Shown here one piece after another: positions 1 to 11,800 of a stretch of DNA of 64,000 nucleotides. Position 1 is the stretch's first letter; each line of letters starts with the position of its first letter. The position numbers and the translations under genes were made by a program. The notes beneath the pieces were generated by a model. The model ran no database searches. It was not told where the DNA came from and saw nothing but the letters and a program-made list of their open reading frames with translations. Location: the NCBI GenBank assembly GCA_950097015.1, contig CATNEN010000008.1, forward strand, positions 1,054,001 to 1,118,000, read 5' to 3'. The stretch is from Macrostomum hystrix (taxonomy: Eukaryota > Animalia > Platyhelminthes).

Positions 1-974
1 CACCCTCCCCGCCCGCTAGTGAAGTGCGTGCATTTCCGCAGTTGATTTCTACTGATCAAACAATTTCAAACCAACCATAAATCAAACCAAATGAGTCGTT
101 AACTAAGCATAAATTCGCACAGGTTTGAATCCACAGCGGAATGACACTCTCTCTGATCTCCAAGTTGTTTGCTTGCGCTCTCTAAAAAGTCTGAGAAGCT
201 AATGTGTCTATTATAATATTTCTATGTAAGCCTTGCAAACATGTGTCAGCTGTCCCATTGTGCGCTGAATTAATGTAATTTTCCTAGTAGTTAGTGCACT
301 TCAAAACAACACCTAGGCACCATTGCTGCTTCTATTATATTTCTCCTTCGTTTTATTTATAAGCCCCTCTAACTAGCCGAGAATCCCCGCCTAGTTGACA
401 GCATTTTCAGCTTTCTTCTGTATCAGATCCGTGTGCCTCTGTCTCTTTTACTTACTCTAGGAAGCTGCGTGCCTATTCAATTCATACTATCTGTCCTTTC
501 ACAAGCTCAATAACGTACTAAGCATAGCAAGCTGTCTTAACACATTTCTGAACTATTATAATCCTATACTATGTTTAATCACCCAGTACTGACCCTGTTC
601 TACGCACGTTCCTCATAAAACAAAGGTAAACTTGTTACTAAAATGCGTCTTTATCATTTTTAACATACTATATCTAGCATAAATCAACAATCTATTGTTA
701 AAGCACTATGACTCACATACAGTTTATTGTGTGATGCCCGAATATTGTAAGAATAACGCGCATTGAATCCTGTAAGGCAGCCTCTCCCCTGAATTTCAGC
801 TACCAGTGCAAGGCTGTCTGTCCTCTGCACTGATACAAATACAGATTAAGATCGACCCTTTTTTCTAAGCCCCAATTTGCAAAACAAACAAATGAGAAGG
901 TCATCTTCATTGGCTGTTAATTTAGAAATGAATATTCAATTATGAGTTACTTTTTATAGATAAAAATTACACCC

Positions 975-1085
975 TGTCCATTAGGACCACACCTCCAAAG
1001 GCAGTGTACATCTGTTCAGTCCGTGGACTGGGGGCCCAGCTAGTTGAACTGAAGCAAATAGGGCATTAACCGTAGAAAGACCTGG
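975..1085 (-). mobile_element. SINE family 1 3' fragment
   Basis: Reverse complement TTGCTTCAGTTCAACTAGCTG..CCCCAGTCCACGGACTGAACAG matches the 27860-27960 copy. Confidence 0.5.
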
Positions 1086-1384
1086 GTATTTCAAATAGCA
1101 ACATTGTTCTCATTCTGTATCTCCTAAAATATTCAACTAATTAGCATGAAAATGCAGAACTCGGAATGACAAAACATAGGCATAGTCTGGATATTCAACA
1201 ATTCTCGCCGGGTGACTGAGGCAAAGACCACGAATATATATAGACAAGTTTTCTGCTCACAGAATTTAATTATGTAACCATATCGGCTTTAATACGAGTA
1301 CACTGTAGTTGATTATATTGTTAATATATACATTATATAACCAATACTGACTAGCCATAGAGGTTTTTCTGAACAATGTTACTT

Positions 1385-1520
1385 GTCCTTGTCACGAGGG
1401 TCGCTGAATATCTCGACGATGCTGACTCGGATGGTTTTGAAAGTTAGTTGATGGTAATGGGCGGAAAATTTCTATTCATATGTTGGACCTTCACAAAAAT
1501 CGGTCATTCGGTTTGGCATT
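1385..1520 (+). repeat. Dispersed repeat of unknown class; second copy at about 29410-29520
   Basis: Both loci share GTCACG.GGGTC...CGGA.GG.TTTGAAAGT.AGTT...CATATGTTGG...TTCAC.AAAATCGGTCATTC. Confidence 0.5.
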
Positions 1521-2058
1521 TATCCTTAAGTAGCCAGTGGGTATTTGAAATGCAAATAGACTTGGTCAGACGCATAAAATGACAGAAGCGTTTATGTACA
1601 TAACTTAAACTAAAAATTCCTGCATTAAGGCATTGTATTCATGAAATCTACATCAAGAAAATGTATTTATATTTATAAAAATCAATATAATGAATAAAAA
1701 TTCAAATAGAGCTCACAGCAAACAAACAAAAACTGATTTATCAGTTAAAGAATCACAAAAGAGAAAAAATTTTACTGACAATTCATCAGTAAACTAAAAA
1801 AAAACTGCCCCAATTTCAGATTCGATGTCAAGTATACAATGCAGCGATGGACTCATTAATAATATATAAGATCTATGCATTAATGCGCATTAAAAATTAA
1901 TGAAACTAAAAGGTATAGCATAACGATAAGGTAATTTTTTTCTAGAGCTAGCTAATGTTCAAGTTATATAAAAAATCAGGTAATCCAAAAATCTCCATTC
2001 GTTATGACGACTGATGCCAGCAGTTAGTTGGGTAATGTTCAGTTCAGTTAACTTAAAA

Positions 2059-2297
2059 AGGCTCTAGTCCGTTAACTTTATGAGGCTCTAGTCCGTTAAC
2101 TTTATGAGGCTCTAGTCCGTTAACTTTATGAGGCTCTAGTCCGTTAACTTTATGAGGCTCTAGTCCGTTAACTTTATGAGGCTCTAGTCCGTTAACTTTA
2201 TGAGGCTCTAGTCCGTTAAGTTTATGAGGCTCTAGTCCGTTAACTTTATGAGGCTCTAGTCCGTTAAGTTTATGAGGCTCTAGTCCGTTAAGTTTAT
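2059..2297. repeat. 24-bp minisatellite, about 10 copies
   Basis: Unit AGGCTCTAGTCCGTTAACTTTATG. Confidence 0.95.
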
Positions 2298-2693
2298 GGA
2301 AGTTTTTTTTCACAAATTTTCTTGAATGAAATGGATCGAAGTATCATTTTGGTATTTCACACGGACTCGATTAATAAGTCCTAACAAAAAGCAAAAACAA
2401 AAAACTGACTATTAAAAATCTAAAAGCCCTGAGAAAAATAATTAAAAGTAATGCTGTACGCTTGAAATAGAATCATGCAATCAGTCGATGAAACAGAGTA
2501 AAAACAATCCACCAATCAAAAAAGAGGCTTATGTGAGACAGCGAGCCAATAAAGCTAAAAGTACAATGAAAATGGGAAAGATACAGCGATTGAAAAAAGC
2601 AGCTAAGACGGAAACCTAAGTAAATTAAGAGCTAAAAAATGACAAACAAAGCTAAGCTAAAACATGCGTCAAAGCAGCCACGGTGAAGGACAG

Positions 2694-3260
2694 TCAGGGC
2701 GGCAGTTGGATGAAGCCACAGCTGGCGATGCTGTAGGCTGTCAGATCCGGGAACATGGCAGCCGACAGCTGCGGACGGTCAACCTGACGCTTGGACCAGC
2801 GCCATCGACGCCACACGGCCAGGCGGGCCAGTCGACGCAGACTGGCTGGCTGGCTGCTCGCCGCTGCGGCCCTGGCAGCCAGTAGTGCGGCGCATTGGCT
2901 GCCAGGGGGAGCCAGCGCTGCCGGGGTGCTGCCGCCCGGAGTTCGACGCGTCGGATCGGCGCCGAAGGCTAAGAGTACACGGACAACAGTCAGATGGCCG
3001 CGCCTAGCCGCAATGTGCAACGCCGTGCAGCCCAGATGGGTGGCATCGATGTTGGCACCGGCGCGTGCCAGAGCGAAGGCCGCTTCTGATTGGTTGATCT
3101 GAGCCGCCAGTTGGAGCGGCGTCAGGTGCTGAGCGTTGAGACAGCCGGTGCTGTGACCCGATGCCAGCAGGCGCTCCAGCCAGTCCAACTGCCCCTCCGT
3201 CACTGCCGCGTGCAGCGGCGTCAGCGGCGGCGCTGGCGGCGGATGCACTGACTGGGGCGC
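2694..3260 (-). CDS. Ankyrin repeat and SOCS box protein, paralogue B (about 3 ANK + SOCS box); no in-frame ATG at the 5' end
   Basis: Translation has ANK motifs (TPLHAAVTEG, TPLQLAA, TALHIAARRGH..VVRVLLAFGADP) and a SOCS-like tail (PASLRRLARLAVWRR). Begins at acceptor CTTCCAG|GCG (3260, phase 0); stop at 2694. First Met lies near the C-terminus. Confidence 0.8.
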   Translation of the reverse strand, partial: APQSVHPPPAPPLTPLHAAVTEGQLDWLERLLASGHSTGCLNAQHLTPLQLAAQINQSEAAFALARAGANIDATHLGCTALHIAARRGHLTVVRVLLAFGADPTRRTPGGSTPAALAPPGSQCAALLAARAAAASSQPASLRRLARLAVWRRWRWSKRQVDRPQLSAAMFPDLTAYSIASCGFIQLPP

Positions 3261-3324
3261 CTGGAAGCACAGGGTTGTATTTGAGTCTCGGAGATTAGGA
3301 GAAGCATGTTAAGTTGACTCATTT

Positions 3325-3548
3325 AAGACTGAGGGTCAGGTGGGTGTCATTTGAGACTGGGGGTCAGGGTGGGTGTCATTTGAGACTGGGGGTCAGGGTG
3401 GGTGTCATTTGAGACTGGGGGTCAGGGTGGGTGTCATTTGAGACTGGGGGTCAGGGTGGGTGTCATTTGAGACTGGGGGTCAGGGTGGGTGTCATTTGAG
3501 ACTGGGGGTCAGGGTGGGTGTCATTTTGAGACTGGAGGTCAGGGTGGA
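3325..3548. repeat. 29-bp minisatellite, about 7 copies
   Basis: Unit TTTGAGACTGGGGGTCAGGGTGGGTGTCA. Confidence 0.95.
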
Positions 3549-3889
3549 CCAAGTTTTGGTTGATTTAATAGTCTAGAAATGAGTAAAAAGAGTCAAAGAA
3601 TGGAAAAAATAGCACTCTTATCAATAATCTAGAAAATTACTTAGTGATTTATATGAATCTTCATTTACGAGTGTACAACTTTATGATTACGAAGCCTGCA
3701 CTACAGAAGGACAAGAAAATGCTGCAAAAACAAAAAACGGAAAGCTATTAACTAATTTTTTAATAATAATACTAATGAGTAGTAATGCAAGAGGCAATAT
3801 AAGATGCAGGCTTGGTCTAATCTGAAGGTCAGCAAAAATATTGTGCTGAAGACAAACTTTTGTATCATTCTGAACGCTGGCCACAATAT

Positions 3890-4143
3890 TCCTGAATCAC
3901 TTAGTGTTTAGGCACAATGCTTCTGAATCCCTGAATGTTCAGGCACAATGCTTCTGAATCCCTGAATGTTCAGGCACAATGCTTCTGAATCCCTGAATGT
4001 TCAGGCACAATGCTTCTGAATCCCTGAATGTTCAGGCACAATGCTTCTGAATCCCTGAATGTTCAGGCACAATGCTTCTGAATCCCTGAATGTTCAGGCA
4101 CAATGCCCCTGAATCCCTGAATGTTCAGGCAGAATGCTCCTGA
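3890..4143. repeat. 31-bp minisatellite, about 8 copies, abutting the ASB-A stop codon
   Basis: Unit AGGCACAATGCTTCTGAATCCCTGAATGTTC. Confidence 0.95.
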
Positions 4144-4145
4144 AT

Positions 4146-5735
4146 TCAGGGCGGCAGCAGTTCGGGGGGCAGCCAGCAGCAGACGTAGCTCAGAAGGCAT
4201 TTCGGCAGCCGTCTCAGCAGCAATTCATCGGCTACGTCGACAGTAGACAATCGGCGAAGCAGTCGCCAGCGCAGCCAGAGGGCGCGCATCGCCAGCCGTC
4301 GAAGACGGGCCGGAGATTTCGCCGCCTCCTCAGCCGCAGTCAGGAGCCGTTGGCACTCGCTGTCGACCTCAGCGAACTGGCTGGCTCGACGGCCGTCGCG
4401 AGCCTGCAGGCGAGGATTAGCGCCGAAGGCCAGCAGGACGCGAATGACATCCGGGCGGCCCTGCCTGGCGGCCAAGTGCAACGGGGTGGTGTGCCGGCAG
4501 GGCGAGTCCACGTTGGCGCCGGAGCGGGCCAGGACGAAGGCGGCGGCCGGCCGGCCGTGCCAGGCGGCGTAGTGCAACGGAGCGCCAAGGTGGCCGTCGA
4601 ATTTGTCAGGCGCCGCGCCACGATCGAGCAGCAGCTGCCAAGGACGGGGAGCTTTGGATATCACCAACTTCCAACATTTTTCCTTCATTCACCAACTTCT
4701 CTAAATTCTTCCCACATTCTTTCCACATTCACCAACTTCCCACATTCTTTCCCATTCAACAACTTCCCAAATTCTTTCCACATTCACCAACTTCCCAAAT
4801 TCTTTCCACATTCACCAACTTCCCAGATTCTTTCCACATTCACCAACTTCCCGAATTCTTTCCACATTCACCAACTTCCCAGATTCTTTCCACATTCACC
4901 AACTTCCCAAATTCTTTCCACATTCACCAACTTCCCGAATTTTTTCCACATTCACCAACTTCACATATTCTTCACCATTCACCAACTTCCCAATTCTTTC
5001 CACATTCACCAACTTCCCAAATTCTTTCCCCATTCACCAACTTCCCAAATTCTTTCCACATTCACCAACTTCCCGAATTTTTTCCACATTCACCAACTTC
5101 CCGAATTTTTTCCACATTCACCAACTTCACATATTCTTCACCATTCACCAACTTCCCAATTCTTTCCACATTCACCAACTTCCCGAACTCTTCCCACATT
5201 CACCAACTTTCCAAATTTCTCCGTTATTCACCAACTTCCCAACCGATTAGTCGAATCCAGCCCAGGCGTTCTTAAGCCCCAAGATTCATAGTGAAACCTG
5301 CAGTGCAGCAGAGTGACCAGCCGATGCAGCCTCGTGCGCCGGGCCGGACAACGCGAATCTGGGAGCAACCCAGGCGCCGCAGTCCAGCAGCAGCCGCACC
5401 AGATCCGAGCAGCCGCTAGCAGCGGCGTCGCATAATGGCGTGGCGCCGTCGATATTCTCGCGATTGACGCTAGCGCCATTGGCTAGCAGGAATCTGGCGG
5501 CGGCGGCATTGCCAGCCTGGCATGCCAGGTGCAGAGCTGTGTTGCCATCAGCGTCGCAGTCGTCAATGTGAAGATCGCCATCGAGCAACGAGCCACAGGA
5601 GCCGGCAGCGATGGCCCGGTCCAAAAGGAACCCTGCTGTAGACTCGCGGCCGTACAGCGCCGGAACCCCGCCAGCAGCCGCCTCCGCAGTCGAGTTGGAT
5701 TGAGACGGCGTCTGTGCGCCCTGTTCAGACTGTTG
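4146..5735 (-). CDS. Ankyrin repeat and SOCS box protein, paralogue A (ASB13-like); exons 5735-5298 and 4634-4146
   Basis: Exon 1 has ANK repeats (GNTALHLACQAGN, GATPLCDAAASG). Donor CAG|GTTTCA at 5298/5297 and acceptor TTGGCAG|CTG at 4634 give the in-frame join GHSAALQ|LLLDRG. Exon 2 has two more ANK repeats plus a SOCS box (PARLRRLAMRAL...LPKCLLSYV). The 5' end is placed at acceptor TTTCAG|CAA; start codon not found. Confidence 0.85.
4660..5240. repeat. 28-bp minisatellite filling the ASB-A intron
   Basis: Unit TTCACCAACTTCCCAAATTCTTTCCACA with variants. Confidence 0.95.
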
Positions 5736-5778
5736 CTGAAATTCAGAGGCATAGAGAGCAGCTAATTAGCCCTATTAT

Positions 5779-7000
5779 CACCTGAATCTCACCCTAGATT
5801 GGTAGCTTGACACCTGAATCTCACCCTAGATTGGTAGCTTGACACCTGAGTCTCACCCTAGATTGGTAGCTTGACACCTGAATCTCACCCTAGATGGGTA
5901 GCTTGACACCTGAGTCTCACCCTAGATTGGTAGCTTGACACCTGAATCTCACCCTAGATGGGTAGCTTGACACCTGAATCTCACCCTAGATTGGTAGCTT
6001 GACACCTGAGTCTCACCCTAGATTGGTAGCTTGACACCTGAATCTCACCCTAAATGGGTAGCTTGACACCTGAGTCTCACCCTAGATTGGTAGCTTGATA
6101 CCTGAATCTCACCCTAGATTGGTAGTTTGAGACCTGAATCTCACCCTAGATTAGTAGCTTGACACCTGAGTCTCACCCTAGATTGGTAGCTTGACACCTG
6201 AATCTCACCCTAGATGGGTAGCTTGACACCTGAGTCTCACCCTAGATTGGTAGCTTGACACCTGAGTCTCACCCTAGATTGGTAGCTTGACACCTGAGTC
6301 TCACCCTAGATTGGTAGCTTGACACCTGAATCTCACCCTAGATGGGTAGCTTGACACCTGAGTCTCACCCTAGATTGGTAGCTTGATACCTGAATCTCAC
6401 CCTAGATTGGTAGTTTGAGACCTGAATCTCACCCTAGATTAGTAGCTTGACACCTGAGTCTCACCCTAGATTGGTAGCTTGACACCTGAGTCTCACCCTA
6501 GATTGGTAGCTTGACACCTGAGTCTCACCCTAGATTGGTAGCTTGACACCTGAATCTCACCCTAGATTGGTAGCTTGATACTGAATCTCACCCTAGATTG
6601 GTAGTTTGACACCTGAGTCTCACCCTAGATTAGTAGCTTGACACCTGAGTCTCACCCTAGATTGGTAGCTTGACACCTGAGTCTCACCCTAGATTGGTAG
6701 CTTGACACCTGAGTCTCACCCTAGATTGGTAGCTTGACACCTGAATCTCACCCTAGATTGGTAGCTTGATACTGAATCTCACCCTAGATTGGTAGTTTGA
6801 CACCTGAGTCTCACCCTAGATTAGTAGCTTGACACCTGAGTCTCACCCTAGATTGGTAGCTTGACACCTGAGTCTCACCCTAGATTGGTAGCTTGACACC
6901 TGAGTCTCACCCTAGATTGGTAGCTTGACACCTGAATCTCACCCTAGATTGGTAGCTTGATACTGAATCTCACCCTAGATTGGTAGTTTGAGACCTGAAT
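5779..7000. repeat. 32-bp minisatellite, about 38 copies
   Basis: Unit CACCTGA[A/G]TCTCACCCTAGATTGGTAGCTTGA. Confidence 0.97.
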
Positions 7001-7479
7001 CTGAATCTGGCATGATATCTTAAACAACGAAAGAAGAATATGCTAAATTATAAAAACACTAACGTTATATATTGATACAAAATAGCTGCGGGTTTCATAG
7101 AAACAAGGGGACTTCTTAATGATTTTACTTGTTGCTGATTGTCAAAAATATAATGAAGAGTACATCTTCTGTTAAAGTAATAGCAATAGGTTAAAAAAAC
7201 TTGTTTGGCACAAAAGTTAACAAGTTTTACATTTACAGTAAATAGAGTGTTAGGTATGCATTCAACTATTTTTCACAGTCAAATACAATTAAGTTACAAT
7301 CAGTTTCATTGTTTACAAATCAAGTTTTCTTTGTCAAAGTTAATAACGTCAAAGCAGTAACGACAGGAGCAAGTAAACTGATGTATTGCATTGACAAATA
7401 CCTCGGCATCTAATTAGAAATCATTTTTGGAAAACAACTCAGATTGCAGTACTTTTATCACCATCAAACTCACCTGTGT

Positions 7480-7930
7480 AATTTATCCCACTTCCATCTT
7501 ACTCCCACTGTCCCACTACCATCTTACTCCCACTGTCCCACTCCCATCTTACTCACACTGTCCCACTACCATCTTACTCTCACTGTCCCACTACCATCTT
7601 ACTCTCACTGTCCCACTCCCATCTTACTCCCACTGTCCCACTCCCATCTTACTCCCACTGTCCCACTCCCATCTTACTCCCACTGTCCCACTCCCATCTT
7701 ACTCCCACTGTCCCACTCCCATCTTACTCCAACTGTCCCACTCCCATCATACTCCCACTGTCCCACTACCATCTTACTCCCACTATCCCACTCCCATCTT
7801 ACTCCCACTGTCCCACTCCCATCTTACTCCCACTGTCCCACTCCCATCTTACTCCCACTGTCCCACTACTATCTTACTCCCACTGTCCCACTACCATCTT
7901 ACTCCCACTGTCCCACTACCATCTTACCCC
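7480..7930. repeat. 25-bp minisatellite, about 18 copies
   Basis: Unit CATCTTACTCCCACTGTCCCACT[A/C]C. Confidence 0.95.
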
Positions 7931-8218
7931 GATTATCCCGTCAAATGAATTATCAAACCATTATTTCTATATAATATTTGCATCATATTGTTAGATATTT
8001 TAATTCCAAGGTGCTTCAGTACCAATACATTTCTTGGCTGAAACATACATTTTAAGCAAATAACACAAAAGTGATAGCTTTTTAGTGCAAAATTCAACCA
8101 TACTGTATATATATGTGTGTGTGTGGGAAATAAAAGCATTGGATACAATAAGTAAAACTGAGTCTAAAAGCTATCAAATTATGTTTAAAACAGGCGTGCC
8201 ATTTTTGTTGATTCTTCA

Positions 8219-8754
8219 CTGAACTTCAGGTTAGAGTTGAGTACCCTGTCTGAACTTCAGGTTAGAGTTGAGTACCCTGTCTGAACTTCAGGTTAGAGTT
8301 GTGTACCCTGTCTGAACTTCAGGTTAGAGTTGTGTACCCTGTCTGAACTTCAGGTTAGAGTTGAGTACCCTGTCTGAACTTCAGGTTAGAGTTGAGTACC
8401 CTGTCTGAACTTCAGGTTAGAGTTGTGTACCCTGTCTGAACTTCAGGTTAGAGTTGAGTACCCTGTCTGAACTTCAGGTTAGAGTTGAGTACCCTGTTTG
8501 AACTTCAGGTTAGAGTTGAGTACCCAGTCTGAACTTCAGGTTAGAGTTGTGTACCCTGTCTGAACTTCAGGTTAGAGTTGTGTACCCTGTCTGAACTTCA
8601 GGTTAGAGTTGAGTACCCTGTCTGAACTTCAGGTTAGAGTTGAGTACCCAGTCTGAACTTCAGGTTAGAGCTGTGTACCCTGTCTGAACTTCAGGTTAGA
8701 GTTGAGTACCCAGTCTGAACTTCAGGTTAGAGTTGAGTACCCTGTCCGAACTTC
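8219..8754. repeat. 31-bp minisatellite, about 17 copies
   Basis: Unit TGAACTTCAGGTTAGAGTTG[A/T]GTACCCTGTC. Confidence 0.95.
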
Positions 8755-8865
8755 TAAAAGAAGACTAAAAGAAGATAATTCTAAAGAAAAGGCAAAAAAA
8801 TGCGTCATTAATTAAAGCAAACGGACTTTATAAAAACGCGTAGCATCAATTGAAGACTGGAATAT

Positions 8866-11800
8866 TCAAAGCAGACGAACCCGGCAGCTGGGAGTGGAAC
8901 AGTAGCACAGCAGCTCCTTGCCAGGCACGCTGCCAACCTCGTAGCTATAGTCCCAGCACAGCTCTTCGCCAGCCGAGATCCTTCGCAGCGCGAAGAAGGC
9001 GGTCTCCGGGAAGCGAGGATCGTGAGTGCGCACAAAAACACTCTGAACCCGGCAGTTGGGCTCGCACGAATGATTCATGTAGCGGCCAAGATTGCCGCGC
9101 TGTTTGGCGTCCATCACGTAGGGATGCGACTCGCCGAACCAGCTGGCCCGCAGATCCACCGGCTGCGCAACTGCGCTGGGATTCGAGCGACTCTGCATTT
9201 TGTTTTTTAAAATGGCTTTTATCATAAGCTGGCTTAGCAACTCGATATTCTAAGCTTATTTTAATGTTGCTATCAATATCATAGTTGTTAACTACACACC
9301 ACCCTTGATAATAGTTATTCGTCATTAAAGGCTACTCTTCATCGATGTTGGTCACTCTGGCTCAACTCACTCTTCATCGATGTTGGTCACTCTGGCTCAA
9401 CTCACTCTTCATCGATGTTGGTCACTCTGGCTCAACTCACTCTTCATCGATGTTGGTCACTCTGGCTCAACTCACTCTTCATCGATGTTGGTCACTCTGG
9501 TTCACTCACTCTTCATCGATGTTGGTCACTCTGGCTCAACTCACTCTTCATCGATGTTGGTCACTCTGGCTCAACTCACTCTTCATCGATGTTGGTCACT
9601 CTGGTTCACTCACTCTTCATCGATGTTGGTCACTCTGGCTCAACTCACTCTTCATCGATGTTGGTCACTCTGGCTCAACTCACTCTTCATCGATGTTGGT
9701 CACTCTGGCTCAACTCACTCTTCATCGATGTTGGTCACTCTGGTTCACTCACTCTTCATCGATGTTGGTCACTCTGGCTCAACTCACTCTTCATCGATGT
9801 TGGTCACTCTGGCTCAACTCACTCTTCATCGATGTTGGTCACTCTGGCTCACTCACTCTTCATCGATGTTGGTCACTCTGGCTCAACTCACTCTTCATCG
9901 ATGTTGGTCACTCTGGTTCACTCACTCTTCATCGATGTTGGTCACTCTGGCTCAACTCACTCTTCATCGATGTTGGTCACTCTGGCTCAACTCACTCTTC
10001 ATCGATGTTGGTCACTCTGGCTCAACTCACTCTTCATCGATGTTGGTCACTCTGGCTCAACTCACTCTTCATCGATGTTGGTCACTCTGGCTCAACTCAC
10101 TCTTCATCGATGTTGGTCACTCTGGCTCACTCACTCTTCATCGATGTTGGTCACTCTGGCTCACTCACTCTTCATCGATGTTGGTCACTCTGGCTCACTC
10201 ACTCTTCATCGATGTTGGTCACTCTGGCTCAACTCACTCTTCATCGATGTTGGTCACTCTGGCTCAACTCACTCTTCATCGATGTTGGTCACTCTGGTTC
10301 ACTCACTCTTCATCGATGTTGGTCACTCTGGCTCAACTCACTCTTCATCGATGTTGGTCACTCTGGCTCACTCACTCTTCATCGATGTTGGTCACTCTGG
10401 CTCAACTCACTCTTCATCGATGTTGGTCACTCTGGCTCAACTCACTCTTCATCGATGTTGGTCACTCTGGCTCAACTCACTCTTCATCGATGTTGGTCAC
10501 TCTGGCTCAACTCACTCTTCATCGATGTTGGTCACTCTGGCTCAACTCACTCTTCATCGATGTTGGTCACTCTGGCTCACTCACTCTTCATCGATGTTGG
10601 TCACTCTGGCTCAACTCACTCTTCATCGATGTTGGTCACTCTGGCTCAACTCACTCTTCATCGATGTTGGTCACTCTGGCTCAACTCACTCTTCATCGAT
10701 GTTGGTCACTCTGGCTCAACTCACTCTTCATCGATGTTGGTCACTCTGGTTCACTCACTCTTCATCGATGTTGGTCACTCTGGCTCAACTCACTCTTCAT
10801 CGATGTTGGTCACTCTGGCTCAACTCACTCTTCATCGATGTTGGTCACTCTGGCTCAACTCACTCTTCATCGATGTTGGTCACTCTGGCTCAACTCACTC
10901 TTCATCGATGTTGGTCACTCTGGCTCACTCACTCTTCATCGATGTTGGTCACTCTGGCTCACTCACTCTTCATCGATGTTGGTCACTCTGGCTCACTCAC
11001 TCTTCATCGATGTTGGTCACTCTGGCTCACTCACTCTTCATCGATGTTGGTCACTGTGATTCACTATTCATCAACTTTGGTCACTCTGATTCACTATCCA
11101 TCAATGTTAGTCAAAACGATTTAATTTTTATCCATCTCGGTCACTCTGATTCACTCTTCCTCTATGCTTGTCACTCTGGTTCACTCTTCGTCAATGTTGG
11201 TCACTATGCGTCCAACAGCGTCAATGGCATTGATGCCAATCACTCTTTTTTATTATTTAAGCCCATAAAAGGCCAAGTACAACAATACCGCACCTGGTCG
11301 TCCTGGTCGGGCTCGCGAGCCATTCTCTCATAGCCCTCTTTCTCCAGCTGCATGATCTCGATGAGGTCCAACTCGGCCTGATATTCGTCCCCCAGCTCGG
11401 TGCCGTAGTGCACTGCGGCCTCCTCATTGTAGACCTCGCCGGCGTAGATGCAAATGAAAGCGCCTTTTGGTATGTCGTGCAGAGTGCGAATGCCCCAGCC
11501 CTTGCGAGCGGTCCTGAACACCTGGACACAATTTTGCAGAGTTTGGGTGCATCAGTTGGGTTGGACGGGCGATACCGGATTCCCAGAATCCTTCAGTTCT
11601 AAAATAGTTTCTGAGAATCCTTCAGTCCCTCAGTCGATACCAAACCCAGTAAGCTTGAGCCCCTTTGCCGATACCTATTCCTAGAATCATGATGCTCTCG
11701 GCCGATACCCATCCTAAATATCCTTCCGTCCCTCGGCCGTTACCAATCCCGAGAATCCTAGAGTCCCTCGGCCGATACTCATCTTGATAATCCTTCTGTC

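Noticed and set aside
4134-5291. 385-aa plus-strand ORF and similar repeat ORFs (2053, 7427, 7444, 35833, 36008, 42138, 42320, 49357-50315, 52226, 54324-54733)
   Set aside because: They are translations of minisatellites or microsatellites, or antisense shadows of GC-rich exons.
9345-11333. Three overlapping 560-660 aa plus-strand ORFs
   Set aside because: They are an artefact of a stop-free 35-bp repeat read in all frames, antisense within SETDB1 intron 8.
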